Of a stretch of DNA of 64,000 nt, positions 44,401-53,919 are shown piece after piece (position 1 is the first letter of the stretch; each line of letters opens with the position of its first letter). The translations under genes were made by a program, and so were the position numbers. The stretch is from Nitrospirota bacterium. Its GTDB lineage: Bacteria > Nitrospirota > Nitrospiria > Nitrospirales > NS-4. The DNA lies in assembly GCA_963788195.1 (NCBI GenBank), contig CAWBGA010000002.1, forward strand, positions 192,001-256,000. The letters run 5' to 3'. Below the pieces are notes generated by a model. It worked only from the letters and a program-made list of their open reading frames with translations. It was not told the origin of the DNA and made no database searches.

Positions 44401-47109
44401 ATGGCTCTAAAACCAGTCACTTCACCGGATGTCGAGGCCCCCAGCATTGAGCTGACCATCGACGGCCAGCCTGCGCGCACCAGAGCCGGAGTGTCGCTCT
44501 ACGACGTGATTTCAGAGACCGGCAAGATCATTCCTGCAATGTGTTATCACTACACGTTCGATCCTTTCGGGTCCTGTGGAATGTGCTTGGTCATGGTGGA
44601 GGGGAAAAAGGCGCCGGTTCGGTCATGCACCGCTAAGGCCGAAGCCGGTCTCGTCGTGCGGACGGCGGGCGACGATCTGTTCGCCGCCCGGAAAAAGGCG
44701 GTCGAAAAACACCTCAGTATCCATCCGCTCGACTGCCCTGTGTGCGATGCCGACGGGCACTGCGAGCTTCAGGATATGGCCTTTCAGCACGGGGTCACCA
44801 ATCTTGTGAATGCCAAGCCGAAGGGACTGCCCGAGGATCGGCGCAGTCTTGTGCTGGACTTCAACATGAACCGCTGCATTCTGTGTGGAGAGTGCATCAA
44901 TATCTGCAAGGACGTGCAGATGATCGATGCCTTGCAGTTCTTCAAAAAGGAAGGCACGACCCATGTCGTCGCCAAGGGCGACAATGCTCTCCAATGCGAG
45001 TTCTGCGGTGATTGCCTGGCTGTCTGTCCGGTGGGGGCGATCACCAATAAGTATTCGAAGTACATCTACAAGCCCTGGCAATTGAAGAAGACCACTACAA
45101 CATGCGGTTACTGCGCCGACGGTTGCCAGTTACACGTCGAGACGAGCGGTCGGGACGTTCAGCGCGTCACCTCTCCTCTCTCATGGAAAAACAAGTGGGG
45201 CGACCGGGCGGAAACAGCGAAAGGCCACGGCGGCCTCTGCGTGCTCGGGCGGTTCGGCTTTCAATATATCGACAGTAAGGATCGGCTGACCACGCCGCTT
45301 GTCAGGACAGACGAAGGCCTTGTGCCGATGTCTTGGTACGAAGCCGTCACGCTGGTCAAAGACCGGCTGGCGGCGATCAAAGCCCAACACGGGGCGAATG
45401 CTATCGCGGGATTGATCACCGCGCGCTGCACGAATGAAGAGCACTACCTTTTTCAGAAGCTCATGCGCGCAGCCATCGGGACGAACCAATTGGACAGCAG
45501 CGCCCGCTATGGATATCTCAACTTCACGCGCGCAATGCAGCATGCGGTCGGCGTCGGCCGGCTGATGAACAGCTATGAGGAGATCACCAAGGCCAAAGTC
45601 CTGTTGTTGATCGGAACCGACATCACCGAGACCAATCCGATCACGGGCCTGCGCGTCAAGGAAGCATTACGTGTCTATGGCGCCACCGTGGTTGTCGCCG
45701 ATAGGGCGGTGACAAATATCGCTAAGCTGGCATCGCATCCACTGATGATCAGTCCGGGCGGTGAGGGGTGGTTTATCAAGGGCCTGGTCAAGGCGGTGCT
45801 GGATGGGGATCTGGTGGATGAAGCCGCGATCGGCGCGGCGCCGCAAGCCTTTGCCGCGCTCAAGACGGCTGTGGAGAGTCTGCCTTGGGAGACAATCACA
45901 GCGTTCGCGGGAACGTCCAAGGAGTCGATCACCGACGCGGCCCGCATTTATGCCGAGGCTGCCACGGCGGTCATCCTCTGCGGTGAGGGCGTGATCCAGC
46001 GCGACCATGGATATGCCAGCATCTTAAACCTCGTCGATCTTGCCTGGGTCACCGGGAAGCTGACCAGGCCCGGTTGTGGCATTAATGCCTTACCCGAAGA
46101 AGCCAATGAGCAGGGGGCGGTGGACATGGGGGTGGCGCCGGAGCTGCTGCCGGGCCAGGCGTCTTATACCGACCCGGAAATGCGCGCGAAATTTGAGCGT
46201 GTCTGGAATGTGGCGCTTCCCGTGGAACCGCAGGCATCCGGCGGGCTGATGGAAATCTTGGAACGTTGCCGCTCAGGACAGATCAAGGCTCTCTACCTGG
46301 TCGGGGAGAATCCTTTGGCGACTCTGCCGGCCAACAGCGGAGTTCGCGAGGCATTGGAAAAAGTCGAGTTCCTCATCGCCCAGGATCCGTATCTGACTGA
46401 AAGCGGGCGCCTCGCCCACGTGGTATTGCCTGCGTCCACGTCAGCCGAAAAGGAGGGGACGTTTACGGATCTGCAGGGCAAGGTAAACCGCGTTCGCCAG
46501 GCCCTGGAACTGGGTGATGAAGCACGGCCGGACTGGGAGATTTTTACCGCGATCGGCTCCTTGTTGGGTTACCCGATGGACTATGAGCATCCGAATGCGA
46601 TCCAATCCGAGATCATGAAACTTCTCCCAGGTTATAACAACCTCGGCGAGCGCCCCGCGGTCGTCGCGCGTCCCGACCGTTATCTTAACGGCAGCTATGT
46701 GTCTGAAGTCGCGTTGCGCTATCGGCAAGACGAAGGCCGGCCGGCCGAGAGGCCTTTCACGTTGGTGATGGGACAGGTCTTGTACCATCACGGCAAGCTA
46801 TCCACGCGGGCATCCGGCTTGACCGTGCTCTATCCCAACAACGGCGCTCTTCAAATGCACCCCGACGATCTTGCCCGGTTGCAGGTGGGTGACAAAGACG
46901 CTGTACGGGTTCAGTCCGGCCACGGCAGCCTGGAGATGAAGGCAGAGGCGAATGCCACGTTGGGCCTTGGCACCTGCTTTTTCCCGGAGCACTTCAATGA
47001 GCCCCCGGTCAAAGATCTCATGGACTGCGTGATCGATCCGATTACCGGTGTCCCGACCTTTAAGCTCACGAGAGTCTCAATTGAGAAGATCCCCTCCGGC
47101 ACACTATGA
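44401..47109 (+). CDS. nuoG: Complex I subunit G-like Fe-S protein (molybdopterin oxidoreductase fold)
   Basis: [2Fe-2S] CYH...CGMC, HPLDCPVC...C, CILCGEC, CEFCGDC, CGYCADGC. Confidence 0.85.
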   Translation: MALKPVTSPDVEAPSIELTIDGQPARTRAGVSLYDVISETGKIIPAMCYHYTFDPFGSCGMCLVMVEGKKAPVRSCTAKAEAGLVVRTAGDDLFAARKKAVEKHLSIHPLDCPVCDADGHCELQDMAFQHGVTNLVNAKPKGLPEDRRSLVLDFNMNRCILCGECINICKDVQMIDALQFFKKEGTTHVVAKGDNALQCEFCGDCLAVCPVGAITNKYSKYIYKPWQLKKTTTTCGYCADGCQLHVETSGRDVQRVTSPLSWKNKWGDRAETAKGHGGLCVLGRFGFQYIDSKDRLTTPLVRTDEGLVPMSWYEAVTLVKDRLAAIKAQHGANAIAGLITARCTNEEHYLFQKLMRAAIGTNQLDSSARYGYLNFTRAMQHAVGVGRLMNSYEEITKAKVLLLIGTDITETNPITGLRVKEALRVYGATVVVADRAVTNIAKLASHPLMISPGGEGWFIKGLVKAVLDGDLVDEAAIGAAPQAFAALKTAVESLPWETITAFAGTSKESITDAARIYAEAATAVILCGEGVIQRDHGYASILNLVDLAWVTGKLTRPGCGINALPEEANEQGAVDMGVAPELLPGQASYTDPEMRAKFERVWNVALPVEPQASGGLMEILERCRSGQIKALYLVGENPLATLPANSGVREALEKVEFLIAQDPYLTESGRLAHVVLPASTSAEKEGTFTDLQGKVNRVRQALELGDEARPDWEIFTAIGSLLGYPMDYEHPNAIQSEIMKLLPGYNNLGERPAVVARPDRYLNGSYVSEVALRYRQDEGRPAERPFTLVMGQVLYHHGKLSTRASGLTVLYPNNGALQMHPDDLARLQVGDKDAVRVQSGHGSLEMKAEANATLGLGTCFFPEHFNEPPVKDLMDCVIDPITGVPTFKLTRVSIEKIPSGTL

Positions 47110-47690
47110 AAGACGAGACTGAAGAAAAGAGCCTGCTGCGAACGTTCTGGGATGCCCTGTCATTCTCGGAAATCCGGACTGCCATGAGAGTCGTGATGCG
47201 GCACATGTTCGTAAAGCCGGTGACATTTCAATACCCGCGGGAGAAACGCACGATTCCGGACGCGCATCGCGGGGCGCTGGGCCTGCTACGGTACGACGAC
47301 GGCGTGGAGCGCTGCGTCGGATGTGATCTGTGCGAGGCCGCCTGCCCTTCGCGTTGCATCAAAGTAGTGAGCGCCGAGAATCCCGCGAAGCCGCTCACCC
47401 GTATTGCGACGGAGTTTTACATCGACATCACGAAATGCGTCTTCTGCGGCTACTGCGTTGAGGCATGTCCCGTGAATGCGCTTGCAATGACCAAGATGTA
47501 CGAGTATTCTACGCCGGACAAACGGACCCTGATATTCGACAAAAAGCGATTGTACGAGGTGGGCGAGAAACATATTGAAGACGCCAAGCGATATCTCTAT
47601 GCCCACAATCAGGAGAAAAACGACTCTGACAGCCGGGCCTACCGTTATAAGTTTCCGCATACCGTGACCGCCCCTCGCTCCGATCCCTAG
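47106..47690 (+). CDS. nuoI: Complex I subunit I
   Basis: CVGCDLCEAACP and CVFCGYCVEACP. Confidence 0.95.
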   Translation: MKDETEEKSLLRTFWDALSFSEIRTAMRVVMRHMFVKPVTFQYPREKRTIPDAHRGALGLLRYDDGVERCVGCDLCEAACPSRCIKVVSAENPAKPLTRIATEFYIDITKCVFCGYCVEACPVNALAMTKMYEYSTPDKRTLIFDKKRLYEVGEKHIEDAKRYLYAHNQEKNDSDSRAYRYKFPHTVTAPRSDP

Positions 47691-47692
47691 AA

Positions 47693-48220
47693 ATGGTTCC
47701 GGTTTTCTTCGCGTACTTCGCCCTCGTCAGCGTGGTCTCCGGAATCCTGACCGTGTCTCTCAGAAATCCTGTGCAGTGTGGGATCGCACTGCTCTCCCTC
47801 CTCGGCCACATCGCGGGATTGTTCGTGCTGTTAAACGCTGAGTTCCTCGCCGCGGTGCAGATCATTATCTACGCGGGCGCGATCCTGATTCTTTATCTCT
47901 TTGTGCTCATGATGCTCAACCTCAAAACGGAGGAACGGTACGTCCATCAGCGGCACGCCTGGTATATCTTGGGCGTAGGGGCGGTGAGCATCGAATTGCT
48001 GCTGCTCTTGCTGACGGCGGACTACGCCGGAATCAAGGGGACGCATCCTCCGCAGGTGGTCGAGACGGTCGGCAACAGCACTGCGATCGGCATCCTGATG
48101 TTCAGCGATTACCTGTTACCGTTTGAAATCGTGGGTATTTTTCTCTTGGGCGCGATTGTCGGCGCAATAGTGCTGACGAAGAATCCGACCCGCGCCGACC
48201 TCGAGCGTGAGCCGTCATGA
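47693..48220 (+). CDS. nuoJ: Complex I subunit J
   Basis: AEFLAAVQIIIYAGAI, YLLPFE. Confidence 0.94.
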   Translation: MVPVFFAYFALVSVVSGILTVSLRNPVQCGIALLSLLGHIAGLFVLLNAEFLAAVQIIIYAGAILILYLFVLMMLNLKTEERYVHQRHAWYILGVGAVSIELLLLLLTADYAGIKGTHPPQVVETVGNSTAIGILMFSDYLLPFEIVGIFLLGAIVGAIVLTKNPTRADLEREPS

Positions 48221-48519
48221 TTCCTCTGTCTGCCTATGTCGCCGTCAGCTCAATCTTGTTCGTGACGGGAGTTGTCGGCGTGCTGATCCGTCGAAACTTT
48301 ATTATTGTCTTGATGTCCATTGAGATCATGCTGAACGCAGCGAATCTAAACCTGGTAGCCTTTGCGCATCATTTGCAGTCTCTGGGGGGCCAGGTAGTTG
48401 CCCTCTTTGTGATCGCCATTGCCGCAGGGGAAGCGGCCGTGGGGCTGGCCATCATCATTGTCGTGTTCCGCGGCAAAATTGCGACGAACGTCGACCAAAT
48501 TAACATCTTAAAATGGTAG
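48217..48519 (+). CDS. nuoK: Complex I subunit K
   Basis: RRN, SIEIMLNA, AAGEAAVGLA. Confidence 0.95.
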   Translation: MIPLSAYVAVSSILFVTGVVGVLIRRNFIIVLMSIEIMLNAANLNLVAFAHHLQSLGGQVVALFVIAIAAGEAAVGLAIIIVVFRGKIATNVDQINILKW

Positions 48520-48533
48520 AGACTTCTTTTGTT

Positions 48534-48650
48534 CTTCGACCCGTTCACCCTGAGCCTGTCGAAGGGCGTCGTTCTTCGACTGAGTCATTCAGATTGTGTC
48601 AATTTTATTCTGAGAATGCCGTCCTTCGTTCGACAAGCTCAGGACGAAGG
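48534..48650. repeat. REP-like CCCTGAGCCTGTCGAAGG...TTCGACAAGCTCAGG palindrome
   Basis: Inverted repeat in the nuoK-nuoL gap; relatives at about 55578-55600 and 57503-57621. Confidence 0.8.
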
Positions 48651-48710
48651 GCCAGCGTATGACGGGTGCGTATCATTGAGTTCCACAAGAGTTGACCAAG
48701 CGGATAATTC

Positions 48711-50717
48711 ATGTTTGATCAGATTGTTATTCTCATCGTAGTTTTCCCGCTCATCGCGGTGCTTGCCAACGGCCTCAACGTAATGCTCGGCAGGCGCTAC
48801 TCCGACGCGATCGCTCATCGGCTTGGTTGGGGCTCGGTTCTGCTGTCGTTTGTATGTTCTCTTTGGGTGTGCCGCCAGCTTCTTAGTGATCCAACGCCCC
48901 GGACGGTCATCGTCTACCGCTGGTTTTTCGGCGGAGATCTCGAGGTCAATCTCGGCTTTCTCATCGATCCGCTCACTTGCGTGATGCTCCTTGTGGTTAC
49001 CGGAGTCGGCTTTCTGATTCATGTGTATTCCGTCGGCTACATGCACGGTGAAGAGGGTTTTGCGCGTTTCTTCACCTATATGAACCTGTTCATGGTCTCC
49101 ATGCTCCTGCTGGTCATGGGCAATAACTATGTGGTGCTCTTCATCGGGTGGGAAGGGGTTGGGCTCTGCTCCTATCTGCTGATCGGTTACTACTACGACC
49201 GTGTCTCCGCCGCGCAGGCTGCCACGAAAGCCTTTGTGGTGAATCGCATTGGGGATGCCGGATTTCTGATCGCCATTTTTCTCATCTTCGACAAGTTCGG
49301 GACGCTCGACTATACGCAGGTGCTCGCGCGGGCGGCCGTCTTGGATTCCGGTACGGCGGCCGCGATCGCCATTTGTCTGTTTATCGGGGCGGTCGGGAAA
49401 TCGGCGCAGCTCCCGCTGCACACCTGGTTGCCCGATGCCATGGAAGGCCCGACGCCGGTAAGCGCGTTGATCCATGCCGCAACCATGGTGACCGCGGGGG
49501 TCTACATGGTAGTCCGAAACCATGCGATTTACGACCTCGCCCCCATGGTGCTGCTGCTGGTTGGCACGGTTGGCGCGATCACCGCCCTGTTCGCCGCGAC
49601 CATCGGGCTCGTGCAAACGGACATCAAAAGGGTGCTCGCGTACTCCACGGTTTCCCAGCTGGGCTTTATGTTTCTCGCATGCGGAGTCGGTGCCTATGCG
49701 GCGGCGATTTTTCATTTGGTCACACATGCTTTCTTCAAGGCGCTGCTCTTCCTCGCCGCGGGCTCGGTGATCCATGCGATGGCCGGGGAACAGGACATCC
49801 GCAAGATGGGGGGGCTTTGGAAGTCAATCCCAGTGACGTACTGGGTTTTTCTCATCGGGACCGCCGCAATCGCCGGGTTTCCATTTCTGTCGGGCTGGTG
49901 GAGTAAAGACGAGATCCTCGGCCATGCCTTCATTCACGGCCACTACATCCTCTGGCTGCTCGGCGCCGTGGCTGCTTTCTGCACCGCCTTCTACATGTCA
50001 CGGCTGCTGTACCTCACTTTTTATGGACAATCCCATCTTGATGCACACGCCGGGCATCATGTCCATGAGTCGCCACCGGTGATGCTGGCCCCGCTGGTGA
50101 TCCTGGCGATTCTGGCCGCGATCGGCGGGCTCATCGGGGTCATCCCGGGCGGTTTGGAGAACGGCTGGTTTCACCAGTTTCTCCGTCCCGTCGTTTCCCT
50201 CAAGAGCGAAATGTCAGAGGCTCATGAACCAGGAACGACGCTGCCCTTCGTGCTGATGGCCGTGACCACTTTGATCGCATTGGCCGGCTGGTTCACCGCG
50301 CACTACTTTTATAAGCTCAGGCCGGACACGCCGCATAGGCTTCGCGTGCGGATGTCGGGGGCATACCTCCTGCTGTTGAACAAATACTGGGTCGATGAGG
50401 TCTACGACAAGGCGTTCGTGGAGAGCACCAAGACCGGGGGACGTGCCATGGACGACGTGGACACACGAGTGGTGGACGGCGCCGTGGTAGGTGTCCGGCA
50501 GCTGACGGAGATGGGTGCGCAAGGGTCGACCTGGATTGAAAAGTACATCATTTACGGCGGCTTGAATGTCATCGGTTATGGCAACCACCTCGCCGCTCGC
50601 GTACTCCGGAAGTTACAATCCGGCCTCGTCCACCACTACGCAACGATCCTCGCCGGGGGTTTTGTGATCCTCGTGAATCTCATCGTTCTGTTTTGGTGGT
50701 TGGGGAGTCGCTCGTGA
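48711..50717 (+). CDS. nuoL: Complex I subunit L with lengthened lateral helix
   Basis: WEGVGLCSY, GKSAQLPL, PTPVSALIHAATMV, HAFFKALLF, QSG. Confidence 0.95.
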   Translation: MFDQIVILIVVFPLIAVLANGLNVMLGRRYSDAIAHRLGWGSVLLSFVCSLWVCRQLLSDPTPRTVIVYRWFFGGDLEVNLGFLIDPLTCVMLLVVTGVGFLIHVYSVGYMHGEEGFARFFTYMNLFMVSMLLLVMGNNYVVLFIGWEGVGLCSYLLIGYYYDRVSAAQAATKAFVVNRIGDAGFLIAIFLIFDKFGTLDYTQVLARAAVLDSGTAAAIAICLFIGAVGKSAQLPLHTWLPDAMEGPTPVSALIHAATMVTAGVYMVVRNHAIYDLAPMVLLLVGTVGAITALFAATIGLVQTDIKRVLAYSTVSQLGFMFLACGVGAYAAAIFHLVTHAFFKALLFLAAGSVIHAMAGEQDIRKMGGLWKSIPVTYWVFLIGTAAIAGFPFLSGWWSKDEILGHAFIHGHYILWLLGAVAAFCTAFYMSRLLYLTFYGQSHLDAHAGHHVHESPPVMLAPLVILAILAAIGGLIGVIPGGLENGWFHQFLRPVVSLKSEMSEAHEPGTTLPFVLMAVTTLIALAGWFTAHYFYKLRPDTPHRLRVRMSGAYLLLLNKYWVDEVYDKAFVESTKTGGRAMDDVDTRVVDGAVVGVRQLTEMGAQGSTWIEKYIIYGGLNVIGYGNHLAARVLRKLQSGLVHHYATILAGGFVILVNLIVLFWWLGSRS

Positions 50718-52327
50718 TTCTAAACGAGGTGTTCGCGGCCGAACAGATCGGATTCCCCATCTTGACCGTCCTCACGTTTCTTCCGCTTCTGGGAGCCCTG
50801 ATCATCTGGCTCTTGCAAAGTGACGAAGATCTCGTTCGAAAGACCTCCTTGGCCATTGCCGGTCTTGAGTTGTTCATTTCCGCACTGTTGCTCTGGAACT
50901 TCGTGCCGCACAGCGCCGACATTCAGTTTGCCGAGAGGGTGCCTTGGATACCGGCAATCGGAACCAGCTACCACCTTGGTGTGGACGGGATCAATGTCCT
51001 CTTCATTCCGCTCACGGCCTTTCTGACAGTCCTGATCATGGTCTATTCCTGGGAAAGAGGAAAAATCCTTTTCAAGCCCTACTTCATGTCGCTGCTCGCG
51101 CTGGAAGGAACCATGGTAGGGATCTTTGCCTCTCTCGATCTCATTCTGTTCTTTGTCTTCTGGGAGTTGATGCTGATCCCCAGTTACTTCCTGATCAAGT
51201 TATGGGGGCCGGGACCTGAGCGGCACTATGCTGCTTTGAAGTATGTCCTCTATACGCTCACCGGATCGGTGCTGATGTTGGTCGGGATTGTGCTGCTCAA
51301 TCTGAACTTTCATGCCGATGCGGTCATGCACCACACCGAGCCCCTCTATTCGTTCGACCTGTTGGAGCTCTTGAATGTCCCGGTGCCTCCGGCCCAGCAG
51401 ACGTTGATTTTCTTCCTCCTCTTTTTCGGTTTCGCGTTCAAGGCTCCGGTGGTTCCGTTTCATACGTGGCTGCCGACCGCGTTGGTGCAAGGTCCATTCG
51501 TGGTGAGCGTCATTCTGGCGGGGGTGAAGTTGGGGCCCTACGGATTTCTGCGCTTCAGCATCCCGTTGTTACCGGAAGCGTCCCGCGAGTGGCTCTGGCT
51601 CATGGCGGGACTGGGACTCATCGCGATTATCTACGGTGCTGTGATCGCACTGGTGCAAACCGACTTTCGGCGGCTCCTGGCGTTCTCGAGCATCAGTCAC
51701 CTGGGATTCGTCATGCTGGGCCTTTTCTCGCTGAACTATCAGGGGCTTCAGGGCAGCCTGTTGCAGATGATCAATCTGGGCTTCTCAACGGCGGGCCTCT
51801 TCTTTATGGCCGGCTTTCTCTATAACCGGACCGGATCCGCAGAACTGTCGGCCTACGGTGGATTGGTGCGTCACGTGCCATTGCTGTCAACCTTCGTTCT
51901 GATTCTTGGACTGGCATCGATCGGTCTTCCCGGCACCAATGGGTTCATCGGTGAATTCTTGATCCTACTAGGGGCCTTTCGCCAGCACTGGCTCCTCGCG
52001 GCCGTCGGCGTCCTCGGTGTCATTTTGGGGGCAGGATATTTTCTCTGGTTTTACGAACGCGCGTTCTTTGGGCCGGTGGGTAGCCGGGTCGCGGGGTTAT
52101 TGGACCTGCGGCCGCGCGAATGGGGCATTGCCGTGGCGCTCAGCGCCATGATTTTTTGGATTGGCCTCTACCCCGCCCCATTTCTGAACAGGATTAACGC
52201 GTCCATACAAAAGCTCACCGAACGGATTGAGCAAGGCTCCGAGGTGCGCGTCGGCGCAAAGAGCCCCCTCTCCCTCACCCACTCCCTCGAGCGGAGAGTG
52301 AAGGGTGGGGGTGAGGTTCAGCCGTGA
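50714..52327 (+). CDS. nuoM: Complex I subunit M, first copy
   Basis: LGVDG, FFVFWE, KAPVVPFHTWLP, SSISHLG, LPGTNGFIGE. Confidence 0.92.
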   Translation: MILNEVFAAEQIGFPILTVLTFLPLLGALIIWLLQSDEDLVRKTSLAIAGLELFISALLLWNFVPHSADIQFAERVPWIPAIGTSYHLGVDGINVLFIPLTAFLTVLIMVYSWERGKILFKPYFMSLLALEGTMVGIFASLDLILFFVFWELMLIPSYFLIKLWGPGPERHYAALKYVLYTLTGSVLMLVGIVLLNLNFHADAVMHHTEPLYSFDLLELLNVPVPPAQQTLIFFLLFFGFAFKAPVVPFHTWLPTALVQGPFVVSVILAGVKLGPYGFLRFSIPLLPEASREWLWLMAGLGLIAIIYGAVIALVQTDFRRLLAFSSISHLGFVMLGLFSLNYQGLQGSLLQMINLGFSTAGLFFMAGFLYNRTGSAELSAYGGLVRHVPLLSTFVLILGLASIGLPGTNGFIGEFLILLGAFRQHWLLAAVGVLGVILGAGYFLWFYERAFFGPVGSRVAGLLDLRPREWGIAVALSAMIFWIGLYPAPFLNRINASIQKLTERIEQGSEVRVGAKSPLSLTHSLERRVKGGGEVQP

Positions 52328-53919
52328 GCGAGAGCTATTTGCTGAGCATCATTTTATTCGCGCCTTTTGTAGGCGCTGTTGTCCTGCTGTTTGTCTCGAA
52401 CCGGCGGCCACTGTTGGTCCGGCAGGTGGCTGTGTTCTTCTCCGGGATTTCGTTTGTCTTGTCGTTCGTGCTCCTGGCCGCCTTTGATTGGGAAAAGGGT
52501 GGCTACCAGTTTGAGCAAAACTACCTCTGGTCGGAGCAGCTTGGGATCCAATTTCACCTCGGAGTCGACGGGATCGGGGTGCCCATGGTCCTGGCGTCCT
52601 CGATCTTACTGTTCACCGGCGTATTTATTTCATGGCATATCAAGGATCGCACGAAGGAGTTTTACGCGTTTTTGCTGGTGCTCGCCGGAGCGACCATCGG
52701 CGTCTATGTGTCGTTGGATCTTTTTTTCCTCTACTTTTTCTACGAGATGTCGGTCATTCCGATGTATCCCCTGCTCGGGGTCTGGGGAAGCCACACCAAG
52801 GGCTACTTGGAGATGACCAACACGGCAGGCAAGGAACTGCGGGATTCCCCGCGCTTTATCTTCAATTTTGCCCGTAACAGCAAAGAGTACGCCGCCATGA
52901 AGCTCACGCTGTTCCTGTCCGCGGGCGCGGTCATGGCGCTTATGGGCATCCTGCTGATTTACAAGTACTCCGGCCTCAATACTTTTGATATCCCGGTGCT
53001 TGCCGAAAAGGCGCATTTCGACGGTACCCTTGCGACTATTATTTGGCTTCTGTGCTTTTTCGGTTTTGCTTCGATCGCGCCGCTGTGGCCTTTGCACTCC
53101 TGGTCGCCCGTTGGGCATGCAGCCGCCCCTGCCGCGACCAGCATGCTGCACGCCGGCGTCCTGATGAAGCTGGGGCATTTTTCGATCATCCGGACCGATT
53201 TTCAGATTTTACCAGAGACCACTTATGAATTGATGCCGATCGCCGCCGTCCTCTGTATCGGCAGTATTCTCTACGGCGGGTATGTGGCGTATTACGCCCG
53301 TGATACGAAATACGTCATCGGTTACAGCAGCTCCAGTCACATGGGCTATGTCTTTCTCGGAATGGCGGCCCTCGACTACATCAGTCTGACCGGCGCAGTC
53401 TTGTACATGTTTGCTCACTCGCTTGCCACAGGCATGCTGTTCGCCATGGCCGGCTGGGTCTATGACCAGACTCATAGCCGGGACATTCCCTCCCTTGGGG
53501 GATTGGCGGGTAAGATGCCTTTTGTCGCGGGGGCTTTCATCGTCGCCTGCATGGCGTCCATCGGCATGCCGGGCACGGTGAACTTCATCGCCGAGGTGAT
53601 GATTGTGTTGGGGAGTTGGGCCAGATATCCGGTCCAGACAATCATCGCCGTACTCGGGATTGTCTTGACGATGGCCTATCTGTTCCGGATGATGCGGGGC
53701 CTGTTCTACGGAACCTTAAGCGAGCTCGGGCATCATGCCCATGACGCCAACACGTGGGTCGACCGCGTGCCGTTGCTGATCATGATCGGGACAAGCATCT
53801 ACTTCGGGATTTTCCCGGGACCGCTGTTAAACGTGATTCAAGCCGGCGTGGATCCCATCCTGGCTAGAATTATTGAGGTCGCGCCCATTGCGGCCCAGGT
53901 GGGGTCAGGCTTGCCATGA
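52324..53919 (+). CDS. nuoM: Complex I subunit M, second copy
   Basis: LGVDG, YFFYE, PLWPLHSW, LMKLG, SSSSHMG, MPGTVNFIAE. Confidence 0.9.
   Translation: MSESYLLSIILFAPFVGAVVLLFVSNRRPLLVRQVAVFFSGISFVLSFVLLAAFDWEKGGYQFEQNYLWSEQLGIQFHLGVDGIGVPMVLASSILLFTGVFISWHIKDRTKEFYAFLLVLAGATIGVYVSLDLFFLYFFYEMSVIPMYPLLGVWGSHTKGYLEMTNTAGKELRDSPRFIFNFARNSKEYAAMKLTLFLSAGAVMALMGILLIYKYSGLNTFDIPVLAEKAHFDGTLATIIWLLCFFGFASIAPLWPLHSWSPVGHAAAPAATSMLHAGVLMKLGHFSIIRTDFQILPETTYELMPIAAVLCIGSILYGGYVAYYARDTKYVIGYSSSSHMGYVFLGMAALDYISLTGAVLYMFAHSLATGMLFAMAGWVYDQTHSRDIPSLGGLAGKMPFVAGAFIVACMASIGMPGTVNFIAEVMIVLGSWARYPVQTIIAVLGIVLTMAYLFRMMRGLFYGTLSELGHHAHDANTWVDRVPLLIMIGTSIYFGIFPGPLLNVIQAGVDPILARIIEVAPIAAQVGSGLP

Noticed and set aside
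44401..47109. Formate dehydrogenase alpha subunit
   Set aside because: The Mo/W-ligand Cys/Sec-His position reads DSSARYGY, and the gene sits in the nuoG slot.
48639..49775. Long antisense ORFs over nuoL, ilvB, ilvC and others
   Set aside because: Typical GC-rich antisense shadows of well-supported genes.
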